A stretch of 64,000 bases of DNA from the human T2T-CHM13v2.0 reference genome, Homo sapiens: the NCBI GenBank assembly GCA_009914755.4, contig CP068257.2, positions 36,544,001 through 36,608,000 of the forward strand, written 5' to 3'. Below the pieces are notes generated by a model. That model was not told where the DNA came from. It saw only the letters and a list, made by a program, of their open reading frames with translations, and searched no databases. The position numbers and the translations under genes were made by a program. This document shows, in pieces, positions 41,559 to 52,350 of the stretch. The stretch's first letter is position 1. Each line of letters opens with the position of its first letter.

Positions 41559-43927
41559 GTAGCTAGCTAGCTAGCTAGCTGTCTATCTATCTATCTATGT
41601 AGCTAGCTAGCTAGCTAGCTGTCTATCTATCTAGCTAGCTAGCTAGCTAGCTAGCTAGCTATCTAGCTATCTATCTAGCTATCTATCTAGCTATCTAGCT
41701 ATCTATCTATCTATCTAGCTATCTAGCTATCTATCTATCTATCTCCTATTAGTTCTGTCCCTCTAGAGAACCCTGACTAATGCAATAGGTTACCTGGTAT
41801 TTGTGCCTCACAGCTCTTAAGATTCTTTCCTTCATCTTAACTTTAGATAACATGTTGACAATGTGACTAGGTGATGATCTTTTTGTGATTAATTTCTTAG
41901 GTGTTCTTTCAGCTTCTTGTATTTGGATGTCTAGGTCTCTAGCAAGGCCAGGGAAGTTTTTCTTGATTATTCCCCCAAATATATTTTCCAAACTTTTAGA
42001 TTTATATTCTTCCTCAGGAATGCCAATTATTCTTAGATTTGGTTGTTTTACATAATCCTAGACTTCTTGGAGGCGTCATTCATATTTTCTTATTCTTTTT
42101 TCTTTGTCTTTGTTGGATTGGGTAAATTTGAAAACTTTGTGTTCAAGCTCTGAAGTTCTTTCTTCTGCTTGATTCTATTGCTGAGACTTTCCAGAGCATT
42201 TTGCATTTCTATAAGTGTGTCCATTGTTTCCTGAAATTTTGATTGTTTTTTATTTATGCTATCTATTTCATTGAATATTTCTCCCTTCTCGTATCTTTTT
42301 TTTTTCCTTGCATTGGATTTTTCTTTTGTCTGGTGCCTCCCTGATTAGCTTAATAACTAACTAATCTTTTGGATTCTTTTTCAGGTAAATCAGGGATTTC
42401 TTCTTGGTTTGGATGCATTGCTGGTGAGCTAGTGTGATTTTTTGGGGTTGTTAAAAAACCTTGTTCTGTCATATTACCAGAGATGGCTTTCTCTGGTTCC
42501 TTCTCATTTGGGTAGGCTCTGTCAGAGGGAAGGTCTGGGGCTCAAGGCTGTTGTTCAGGTTCTTTTGTCCCACGGGGTGTTTCCTTGATGTAATACTCTC
42601 CCTATTTTCCTAGGGATGTGGCTTCCTGAGGGCCAAGCTGTAGTGATTGTTATCTCTCTTCTGGATCTAGCCACCCAGCAAGTCTACCAGGCTCCGGATT
42701 GGTACTGGGGATTGTCTGCACAGAATCCTGTGATGTGAACAATCTGTGGGTCTCTCAGTCATGGATACTAGCACCTGCTCCACAGTGGAGGTAGCAGAGG
42801 GGTGAAATGGACTCTGTGAAGGTTCTTAGCTGTGATTAATCCACTATTTTGGTGCTGGTTGGCCTCCTGCTGGGAGGTGACACTTTTCAGAGATCATCAG
42901 CTGTGGTAGTATGGAGAGGAACAGGCAGTGGGCAGGGCCCTAGAACTCCCAGGAGTATATGCCTTTTGTCTTCAGTTACCAGCATGGGTAGGGAAGAACC
43001 ATTAGGTGGGGGCAGGGCTAGGCATGTCTGAGCTCAGACTCTCCTTGGGCAAGGCTTGCTGTGGCTGCTGTGGGGTATGGGGGAGTGGTTCCCAGGTCAA
43101 TGGAGTTATGTTCCTGGGAGGATTATGGCTGCCTCTTCTGTGTCACGCAGGTTTTTAGGAAAGTGGGGGAAAGCCAACAGTCACAGGCCTCACCCAGCTC
43201 CCATGCACCCCAAAGGGCCAGTCTCACTCCCACCATGCCTCCCCGCAACAGCACTGAGTCTGTTTCCAGGCAGCGGGCGAGCAGGGCTGAGAACTTGCCC
43301 CAGGCTACCCACCTCCCAGCTGCAAAAGCAAGTGGGGCTTTCGTTCTTCCCCCACCGGTGGAGTCTGCACACTGGTTTCATGCCCTCCCCTGAATCTGGC
43401 CAGGAGACTTCTCATTCCGTTGGAATTGTTACAAAGTTCAGCTGGAGGTTTCCTTCTCCCTGTGGTCTTTTGCCAGTGCCTCTGGCAGCCCTCCTCAAGG
43501 ACCCCTGTGAGGCAAGGCAGAAATGGCTTGCTAGGGGATCTAGTGAGTCCACAGAGCTTTTCCTGCTGCTTCCTCTACCCCTGTATTTCGCTTGGCTGCC
43601 TAAATTGACTCACCTACAGGTAAGGTCAGAATCTTCTCCCATAATCTAGACCTTCAGGCTCCCCAGTGGGGGTCTGTGTTTGGGGGTGGACGATCTCCCT
43701 TTTTCACTTCCACAGTTTGGGCACTCACAGTATTTGGGGTGTCTCCTGGGTCCTGCAGGAGCAATTTGTTTTCTTCAGAGGTTCTGTGGGTTCTCTTGGC
43801 TTTCCTAATGTATTCCTGCGGTCATTGTGGAGCAAAAGTTCACAATTCAAGCCTCCACAGGCTGCTCTGTCCATCCGAGTGGGAGCTGCAATCTAGTCCT
43901 GTCTCCCGTCCACCATGATCTCCCCGA
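36575..43927 (-). mobile_element. Full-length old L1 (L1PB/L1PA-old type), antisense, ~7.3 kb, with 15-bp TSD ATAACAAAGGTTTTA; degenerate ORF1/ORF2; internal (TCTA)n/(TAGC)n microsatellite at 41440-41750
   Basis: Left end is a T-rich decayed tail (36575-36720), then the reverse complement of the old-L1 3' end (attattgggcaacagatggtatttggttacatgagtaagttctttagtggtaatttgtgagattttggtgcgcccat). Minus-strand ORFs are L1 proteins: 40772..41197 is the ORF1p C-terminus (...SFINEGKIQSFSDKQMLREFATIKLALQELFKGALNLE...); 40201..40461, 39916..40197, 39008..39265, 38610..38993 and 37249..37545 are ORF2p pieces (endonuclease ...LNIYAPNTGAPKFIKQLL..., reverse transcriptase ...[27 protein letters not shown]..., ...[24 protein letters not shown]..., C-terminal [10 protein letters not shown]). 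The right end is the reverse complement of the L1 5'UTR start (ggggagatcatggtggacgggagacaggactagattgcagctccc). The identical 15-mer ataacaaaggtttta is at 36560-36574 and 43928-43942. Confidence 0.9.
41440..41750. repeat. (TCTA)n / (TAGC)n compound microsatellite expanded inside the L1 (between the 5'UTR and ORF1)
   Basis: tctatatatctatatctatatctatctgtctatc...ctagctagctagctagctatctgtctatctatctatctatctatct...; ~310 bp. Confidence 0.9.
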
Positions 43928-44519
43928 TAACAAAGGTTTTAAAAATGATAAAACAGAAAACAAATTATTGCAAAATGTCAGCTCCTGTAAATAAATCTAT
44001 GAATCGAGGGCTAAATTCATAAAACAAATTTTAAAAGTTTGAGTGGTGGTTTTGTTGAAGATTTTTTATTGTTGTATAAAACCAGTCGAAATTTCTTCAG
44101 GTAAATATTAAGTTACTTATGCAAATTTCTAATAACAGTTCATAGCATACAGAAAATGGCCTTTATTGCTTCAGATATCTCTGTGTTAAACTTCAATTAT
44201 GGCTTCAGTAATAGTGAATCTTTCCTTTAAATTAAAACACAATATTTATACTATATAATTCTAGGGGGGGTCCAAAGACATGGAAATAAAATAGTCATAA
44301 GAATTGAATGAAATAAAATTTTCCTTGAAAAACAGAAACAGAAATTATAATGCTATATCTATTTGAATAAGAGCAGCTAAATAACAGTAGCTAAACTAAA
44401 AAGAGATAAATCAAGATAACTTTAAAGAGATAGCCCAGGCTGCTGTGTCTCACTGTGACTGTGGGTGTTGAGGGCCCTGCTGCTGGGAGAGCTGAGTGAA
44501 ACCTGCTGGCCCTGAATCC

Positions 44520-45503
44520 CTAAGCCTCACAGCACCTCACTTCTCCTTGCTGGGAACCTGATGACTCAGGGGACCCCTGGTCCTTGTGGGCCTCTGTTGG
44601 CTGTACCTGAAGCAGCAGGAGCAAAGAACCCCTAGTAAAAGGCAGGAACTTGAACTCCATGTCAGCCAGGATCTGCCTACTGCAATCATCTTCTTTTCTT
44701 AGCTCCCGGAGCTTTCTCTCAGTGGACAGAACTGCCCTCCAGCTTTCCTGAGCTCTTTCCACACAGGCAAGAATCTCCTTCTGATAGAAGGAAGTGATTC
44801 TTTCCAATTCTTTGCTGATATTTTCAGCCATCTCCTTGTAGAGGCTGTGAATCTGCTGTGTGTATTCACATTTCTACACACGCTCAGAAGTTTCTTCTTC
44901 ATTTCTAACCTGTGTGTTTCCACCGCAGGTGATCTTCTCTGAAGTTGCGCTATGTGTTCTTGATGTGATTCAGGTAGGATTTGAAGCTTCAGCTGCAGGT
45001 TCTGGATCCCACCTGCAAGTTGGGAATTTTCAAACTGCAAAGACGCTTTCTCAGTTTGGAGATCTTTGATTTGTCCTGTGAGCTCTTCATTCATTGATTT
45101 TTTTTCCCACAATTGTCAAGCTATTTCTTGATTTTTCTTGACTTTCACAGAACACATTTAAGTCACCATCACCCAGGACGCTCTTCAGATGGCCTTCTGA
45201 CTGATAGTTGGGCGGGAGGGGCTGGGGCAGGCAGTCTTCATTTTCTGCTTTCCTCTTTAGCTGTACTTTCGAGTCCTCGTCACTGTGGTCCCTAGAGAAA
45301 TCTCCCAACTGCATGGTGTCCAGCAGGTTTTCAGCCATAGATTTTAATTGGCTCATGGTATCTTTCATGACCTGTTTTATTTGTGCATTCAAAGGTTTCC
45401 AGCTTTTCTTTCTCTCCTTCCTTTCCTGTACTGTCTGCTTCCATCTTGCAATTTCTTGGTCGAGCACTTCTGGACTTTCTGCTAAATGAGTGTTTTCATT
45501 CAA
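44520..45503 (-). pseudogene. Exon-like coiled-coil block with at least two frameshifts (copy 1); possible Cor1-domain (SYCP3/XLR/FAM9-like) family member, from an unaided alignment from memory
   Basis: Three overlapping minus-strand ORFs (45087..45503, 44699..45112, 44520..44831) together read one coiled-coil protein: ...SPEVLDQEIARWKQTVQERKERKKSWKPLNAQIKQVMKDTMSQLKSMAENLLDTMQ...NVFCESQEKSRNSLTIVGKK | SMNEELTGQIKDLQTEKASLQFENSQLAGGIQNLQLKLQILPESHQEHIAQLQRR...CRNVN | YTQQIHSLYKEMAENISKELERITSFYQKEILACVERAQESWRAVLSTERKLRELRK.... The frame breaks fall at an A8 homopolymer (45087-45112) and at a 1-bp deletion relative to copy 2 (aactacacacag vs aatacacacag, ~44870). The segment YTQQI(H/F)..(Y/F)..MAE......E.I.SFYQKEIL aligns with SYCP3 '[40 protein letters not shown]' and with the mouse XLR Cor1 core, both recalled from memory. 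Confidence 0.45.
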
Positions 45504-47310
45504 ACTGTTATTTCCTTCTGAAGTTTTTCTCCATCCTTCTTTGATCCTTTTAAGATGTGTCCTGAATCAGTCACTTGAGAACATTTAGGAGACTCACTTT
45601 TCCATGCTTTTTCCAGAAAGCCGCCTGTGTCCTGCAGGGAAGACCTGCTCAGATTTGTATTAATGATTGACAAGCAGGGGGATTGTAATATTTAAGGTCT
45701 GTGGCAACTTGAGGGCTTCCTGGGTCTGTGTCTTTAGCCCAGTGTTCTGCCTGCCTTCTACATGGACCTCCTGAAGAGAACACCTTTTGTTCAGCTCTTT
45801 TCCTCTTCATAAAGTGCCTTGTTTCTTAATAATTAAGACCACACAGCAGTACAAACCAGGATCTCCCAGGGAGCCCTGGGGTTTATCTCATGATCTCAGC
45901 CTTCACCAGCTCTGTAGCCCCAGCAGCTCCAGAGCAGCTGGAGAGACATTTGGGGACCAGCAGCCCCTCTGTGGCTCTGCCTTTGCTTGCCAGTGGCCTG
46001 TGGGCCACAGCTGCCTACTCGGAACCCTGCGGAGCGTTCTGTCTCTAATGCTCACAAGTGCCTGGCAACCAGGATAGAAGATCAGTTGTGCTGGGGGAGG
46101 GGAGCCAGCCAGGTTGTAGAAACAGCATCCCTGACTTTGTTCTGCTAACTGTGCAGAGAGAGGTGATAGTCTCCGCCCAGGCCATGAGGGACCTGGAAAT
46201 GGCTGATGACACGGTGGAGCTCGGCCACACCAGGCCCAGCTGGCCCCACAGCAAACCAGAGGGTCCAAGTGGGTCCATGCCCTGTCCCTTCCTGTCCACA
46301 AGGGCCTCTCAGGGGACAGTGGTGGGGCCCATCCCTGGGTGAGGCTCAGTTTCCTGATTTCAAGTTTCCTTCCGCACAGGGAAGCTGGGTCCTGCCCACC
46401 AAGGTCCCAGGGATCCTCCTCTGAGGCCCCCTCTCTCCTTTGGGTTTAGTCAACGGAGAGGGAGATGGGGAGAGGACTGAAAGGTCTCCCCAAAGGTACA
46501 AGCTGAGAGACCTGGATTTGCAATGTAAGAACCCAGGAGAAATAAGTGGAACTGACGGGGTCTAAAATGTCACGGCTATTCTGTAAAGCAGGTTTGTCCC
46601 TGTTCCATCCAAGTGTCCTGAGTGAGCGGGACTCTGCTTCGAGGGTGTCAGGTTGACCCTGGCTCTTTCCCTTGTGTGGCCCTGCTATCTTTGGTACATG
46701 CCTCCCAAGGTGGCCCTGGGGACAGTCTCCAATCCACTGAGTCATCTTCAGAAGTCTGCATGCATCTGCAGAGGGGCAGGTCCTTCTCAGCCTGGATTCC
46801 ACTAAACCTCTTCCCCGGCAGAGTCAGGCTCAGAGCCTCCTCGTGCAGCCCTGGACTCTGCCGGGAGCAATTAGTCTCAGAATCTCGATCTGAGAGAGAA
46901 GCGAGCGAACTGGCAGCTGGGGCCAGTCTGGGGTCCTAAGGGTGTTGGGGTTCCAGACCCTCACAGGACATAGAGGGGCAGTGGAAGTGGCCCTCCCAGG
47001 AGAAGTCAGATCCCTTGCAGGGCCGCAGGACCCCAACTCTGCAAGGGCAACTGGTTGGTCTTTTAAAAGGATCAAAATGTGTTGAAGAAACGACAGTAAT
47101 GCCTAGAACACCAACCTGGCACTAAAATGAGTGAAACAGAGTTACAACCAGGGACCCGAGGAAGATCCAGGATATTTTGCTGAGTGAAATAGGAAGATGC
47201 AAAAGCACACATGTAGAGAGGAATCCACAAAAATCTCAAAGGACACGTACTCACTCCCTCCTTTGAAAGCAGAATTTGAAGAAGCAAAGAGGAGCTGCTC
47301 CCTGAGCTTC

Positions 47311-48050
47311 TCGCCTCTCCCTTCTCCTCCCTTCTCCCTTCTCCTCTCCCTTCCTCTCCCCTCTACTCCCCTCTCCTGGCTTCTCCTCTCCACTTCTCTC
47401 CTCTTTCCTCCTCTCTCCTCTCTTCTTCCCTTCTCTCTCTTCTCATCTCCTCCCTTCCCTTCTCGCCTCCCCTCCTCTCTCCTCTCCCCTCCTCCCCTCC
47501 CCTCTCCTCTCCCCTCCCCTCTCCTCTCCCCTCCCCTTTCCTCTACCCCTTCCCTCCTCCCCTCCTCTCCCCTCCTCTTTTCTCCTCTCCTCCCTTCCTC
47601 CCTCCCCTCCCCACTCCTACCTTCCTCTCCTCCTCCCTCCTTCCCTTTTTGCCTCCTTTCCCCTCGTCTCCCCTTCTCTCCCCTCCTCTCCCCTCCTTTC
47701 CCCTCCTCCTCCTTCTCTCCCCTTCTCTCCCTTCCTCCCCTCCTCTCCTCTTCCCTCCTCCCCTCTTCTTCCCTCCACTCCTCCCCTCCTCTCCCCATCC
47801 CCTCTCCCCCCTCTCCTCTTCCCTCCTCTCCCCTCCTCTCCCCTCCTCCCCTCTTCTTCCCTCCTCCCCTCCTCCCCTCCTCTCTACTCTCCCCTCTCCC
47901 CTCCTCCCCTCCTCTCTTCCCCTCTCCTCTCCCCTCCCCTCTGCCCTCCCCTCCTCTCTCCTCCTCCACTCCTCTCTCCTCTTCTTTCCTCCCCTCCTCT
48001 CCACCTCCTTCCCTCTGTCCTGTACTCTGCTCTCTCTTCTTCCATGTTGT
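47311..48050. repeat. ~740-bp near-pure polypyrimidine (CT-rich; plus strand) / polypurine (minus strand) tract built from ctcccct/ctcctct motifs
   Basis: Continuous tcccttctcctctcccttcctctcccctc... with essentially no purines on the plus strand. The 275-aa, 294-aa, 153-aa and 140-aa ORFs here are low-complexity translations of it (R/G/E-rich on minus, S/P/L-rich on plus). Confidence 0.95.
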
Positions 48051-49059
48051 CTTTTCTTATATGTACTTTAAATATTTTTGATTTTGTTAATACAAGTACT
48101 GTGTATGCAATTCATACCTTTTTAGCAGACAGCTCACATGGACCCAAGTTGGGGTTAACATGCAGATTGTGCAGGGGTTCCCTGCGGATGCACCCCTGTG
48201 TGCCCTGATGTGGACCTGCTCCTTCCTGCTTCCTGGGCTCCAGACAGAAACACCGTACCCCTGCACCAGCCTCTGCCTCAGCTCTTCACAGTCAGCACAC
48301 CCTCCGCTTCCTGTCAGGGTGTTCTCTGCTGAGTCTGGTTATGGGATCCCTTTCTGTGCAGAGCCATGCTCCCGTGTCACTGTGTGTCACCTTCAAGCTG
48401 TCCCCGTGTGTATGCCTGTGTGAGAATATGTGTGTGTGGGTTTGCCATCGAAGGAAAACCTTTATTTTGGCTGCTAACATTTGGAAACATTTAGAGAACA
48501 AACAATATCTTTTAAAAAACATCAAAGGTTCAAAAAAACAAGACAAGAAACAAACTGTTGTAAAATTTCAACTCCTCTAAATTTGTCTTAAATTGAACTT
48601 AGAACTAATCTAATAAAAATAGTATGAAGTTTCAATGGTGTGTTGTTGTTGTCTAGTATTTTTTGGCATTGTTTTTTAAAAACCAGTCAAAATTTATTCA
48701 GCTAAATATTACATTATTTGTACAGATTTATAATAATAGCTTACAGAAGTGAACTTTATTGTTTTCCATGTTTCTATTCATGTCCAATTTTGATGACAGT
48801 TTAAATCATAGTGGACCTGTTATTTAAATCAAAATATAATACTTATGCATATAATTTTAGAGGGTCCAATGATTTTGAAATAATGTATTCATAAGAGCTA
48901 TTTTAAATAAATGTATATTTAAAAATACAATTTTAGAAATTGTAGTACTATAAAACTTCAGAAAGAGAAATTGCACATCAATTAAATAACAGTAGCTTAA
49001 CTAGAAGATAAATGAAAATTACTTTTAAGGACGAAAACAAACAAATCATAAACTCTGAG

Positions 49060-49470
49060 TGAAACCTGCAGGTACCCCTGGATCCCTGAGCCTCACAGCA
49101 CCTGCCTCTTCCTTGCTGGGAACCTGATGACCCAGGGGGCCCCTAGTACTTCCACTCCTCTGTGAGCTGCGCCTGGAGCAGCAGGAGCAAAGGGGCTGCT
49201 TGGGAAAGGCTGGAACTTGAACTCCACATCAGCCATGATTTGCCTGTTGCCATCATTTTGTTGTTTTAGCTCATGGAGCTTTATCTCAGTCAGCAGAACT
49301 GCTGCCCAGCTTTCTTGAGCTCTTCCTCATAGAAGAGAATCTCCTTTTGGTAAAAGGAAGTGATTCTTTCCAATTCATTGTTCATGTCTTCTGCCATCTT
49401 CTTGTAGAAGTTGAAAATCTGCTGTGTGTAGTTCGTATTTCTGCACATGATGGGAAATTTCTTCTAGATT
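49060..49470 (-). pseudogene. Truncated second copy of the Cor1-like coiled-coil block (3' part only)
   Basis: 49060-49470 aligns (~85%) with 44490-44900. The minus-strand frame reads ...KFPIMCRNTNYTQQIFNFYKKMAEDMNNELERITSFYQKEILFYEEELKKAGQQFC*, with ATG at 49395-49397 (minus) and stop at 49290-49292. Homology to copy 1 is lost upstream of ~49470. The 5' flank (48440-49060) also aligns with 36470-36560 plus 43943-44490. Confidence 0.5.
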
Positions 49471-50399
49471 TCTAAGCATAGAGGAACATAGTAATTTAAC
49501 AGGGAGATACAGAGTGAACACCCTTTTAATCAAATGATAAAATGATAAAAGTTAACATAAAAATATTAGGACAAGCTGACATCATGTACCTCTTGATATG
49601 ATGCACTGAAAAGAACACAACATTATTTCTATGATTTTCTGCCAATAATGCATAACCTGAATCTAACCATGAAGAAATAGCTGAGAACCCCAAGTTGAAG
49701 GGCATACCACAAGGTAACAGCCCATATTCTTCAAAACTATAAAGGTCAATAAAACGTAGAAAAGGCTGAATAATTATTTTGGAATTAAGGAGACCCAGGG
49801 GATGGGAGAGCCAAATGCAATACATGATGCTGGATTCTACCCTGGACCAGAAGAAAACTAGTTACAGATGAAATTATTTGGAAGACTCACAAAATTTAAA
49901 TATGGACAATGGATTAGGTAAGGATTGTGTCACTGTTAAATTCCAGTTTTGATCGTTGCATTCTGGTCAGGAAATGTCAAAATTTAGTGTCAGTGGGTTT
50001 AATAACTTCAACTTATTTCAAAACAAAGAGTTGCTAAAATTCTTCAACCATGATCCCTTCCTGACATTGTGGTCAAGCTATGTATGGCTCATGGTAGGTC
50101 TCTTCTCATTTTCTGGTGGGGTAGTTAATGTGAAAACACAGCAGGTAAAACCATCATAAAACATCTTCAAGTTCTAACTTCCTTGAGTCTACCTATGTCT
50201 GAGAGTGTCCTCCAGGACATTTCAGGGAATATGGAGAACGTATTACTTGTGGATGTCCTTCTCCAATCAAGTCCTTCAATCCTTCTGTTCCTCCTGCAGT
50301 CTTCTTTCTGGCCAGTATGATGCCTGAACACACTCTGAGTCTAAAGAGCTTCTGGCACCTATGTTCTCTGCTGGCTTCCGTGAAAAGCTCTCTCTTTAA

Positions 50400-50830
50400 A
50401 TAGCCATAAACCTGGTAGCTTAAGACAACTGAAATTTATTATTTTATAGTCCTCTAGACCTAAAGTCCCAAATCAAGGTGCCGGCCGGGCCATACTCCCT
50501 CTGAAGTCTCTAGGAAAAGGTTTTTCTTTGCTCCTTCCAGCTTCTGGTTGCTGTGAGCAATCCTGTCATTCCTTGGCTTGTGGCTGCACCCCTCCATTCT
50601 CTGTCTCCATCTTCCCATGGCCTTCTCTGTGTGCTTCTCTGTGTTCTCTAATCTATGGATACCAATCATGAATTTAGGGCCAATCGCAATACAGTACCCT
50701 CTCATCTTCATCCTTAACTAATTGCATCTGCAAAGACCTATTTCCAAATAAGGTCATATTCTGAGATTCCAGATGAACATGAACTTTTGGGGGCCATTAT
50801 CCAACCCACTACACCAGTCTTCACTGCCTC
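50400..50830 (+). mobile_element. Ancient interspersed repeat (same unnamed family as 32300-32660 and 55880-56260)
   Basis: ctaaagtcccaaatcaaggtgccggc ... cttctggttgctgtgagcaatcctgtcattccttggcttgtggctgcacc ... atctgcaaagacctatttccaaataaggtcatattctgagattccag. Confidence 0.5.
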
Positions 50831-51977
50831 AATCAATTTCCATGGAGTTTCTCTGGATTATTTGAAAACCCCTAGCTTGGTTTTATTTCTCCTGGATTCC
50901 AAATTTTCCCTTTGAATAGGGCTCCTTCTCTCCACCCACAACTTAGAATTCTCTTCTCTCTGTCTCCTGTTCAACTTCCTTTTTCTTTATTCTGTATCTC
51001 ACAGAGACAGGCGGTATCCTTCCATACCCTTCCTTGGCTCCCAGGACCCACACCTGTTAAACATATGATGTGTCTCATATGTGGATTCTACCCAAGATCC
51101 TACAGAGGAAAGATTTGCTGGGACTGAGGTACGGTCCTAAAGAGTAAGTCAAGATCCTGCTCACAGACTCTCCAATTCTCATGGAGGACTGTGGCTTGTC
51201 AAGTAACTCAGAACCAGTGAATTTTTCTGTTCAACCCTATTCTAGTTATTTTGGCTCTAAGATAAAGAAAAATTAATTACTTGCATATTTGATCAACTGA
51301 AAAAATCCAGGCTGTATGTTTTGAGTCCTGATCAATTAGGACCACTTGCCTAAAGGAAACAATTTAATGATTTCCTTCACTTTAAAGTTGTGAAGAAATT
51401 CTGGCTGCCTTTCTCATTGCATCTTTATGAAGGCCAGACTTTATGAAAAAATAGTGATGATAGCAATAAGTCTGGAACTTGGTAATCGACAAAGCTCTGC
51501 TTTCGTGCTAAGTCTCAGGAGAGCTTTTCAGTACTCTATGAAGTATGGATTGGGCAGATCATCCTGCCAGCATTACAGACAGACGAGGAGACAATCATAC
51601 TGCTTTTGTTCTTGGACTGGCTCATAGTTTGGGCACAGGCATGATTAATTTGTTCATACCATTGTAAGACTCTTATCTCTAAAAGCACAAAGAGAACACA
51701 TCAGAAGTAGATCTTTACATGGAACAAAACCAACTAACCATTTTGCCCAAGGAGCGACTTTCTCATCTGTTTTTTTCTCATCTGTTTTTTTCTCAGTTTC
51801 CTTCTATTTCTATTTAAAAGGCAAGTTAAAAAAAAAAACAATAAGATAGCATAGTAGTGGAAAATAGCTCAGCCCTTACAGCAAGACATCCTAGGCTGAA
51901 TTCCATTTCTGCCACCTACTAACCTGATGAACTTGGGTAATTTCCTTAACCTCTCTGAGCCTCTGTTTATTCACCTG

Positions 51978-52350
51978 TGATATTGTTTGGCTCTGTGTCC
52001 CCACCCAAATCTCATCTTAAATTATAATCCCCACATGTCCAGGGAGGGACCTGGTGGGACATGATTGGATCATGGAGGCAGATTTCCCCTTTGCTGTTCT
52101 CATGATAGTGAGTGTGTTCTCATGAGATCTGATAGTTTTAAAAGTGCGGCACTTCCTTGCTCTCTCATTCTCTCTCTCTCCTGCTGCATTGTGAGATGTG
52201 CCTTGCTTCCCCTTTGCTTTCTGCCATGATTGTAATTTTCCTGAGGCCTCCCCAGCCATGTGGAACTGTGAGTCAATTAAACTTCTTTTCTTTATAAATT
52301 ACCCAGTCTCAGGTAGTATTTTCATATCAGTATAAGAATGCACTAATACA
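51978..52350 (+). mobile_element. MaLR solo LTR (THE1-family) with 5-bp TSD ACCTG
   Basis: tgatattgtttggctctgtgtccccacccaaatctcatcttaaattataatccccacatgtccagggagggacctggtgggacatgattggatcatggaggcagatttcccctttgctgttctcatgatagtgagtgtgttctcatgagatctgatagttttaaaagtg ... tgccatgattgtaattttcctgaggcctccccagccatgtggaactgtgagtcaattaaacttcttttctttataaattacccagtctcaggtagtattttcatatcagtataagaatgcactaataca follows the THE1B consensus from its first base (TGATATGGTTTGGCTGTGTCCCCACCCAAATCTCATCTT...) to its last (...GGACTAATACA). The flanks are tcACCTG|LTR|ACCTGtag. Confidence 0.9.

Noticed and set aside
43056-43649. 197-aa plus-strand ORF
   Set aside because: Lies antisense within the GC-rich 5'UTR of the old L1. 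It has no start-context or similarity evidence, and chance ORFs are common in GC-rich repeat sequence. Young-L1 ORF0 is much shorter and positioned differently.
45900-47000. Candidate CpG island
   Set aside because: GC-rich but visibly CpG-depleted (very few cg dinucleotides). It would fail observed/expected CpG criteria.
47142-48081. Very long ORFs (275, 294, 153, 140 aa) on both strands
   Set aside because: They are translations of the polypyrimidine/polypurine tract (R/G/E-only or S/P/L-only proteins). Open frames are expected in a sequence lacking stop-codon composition. This is not coding.
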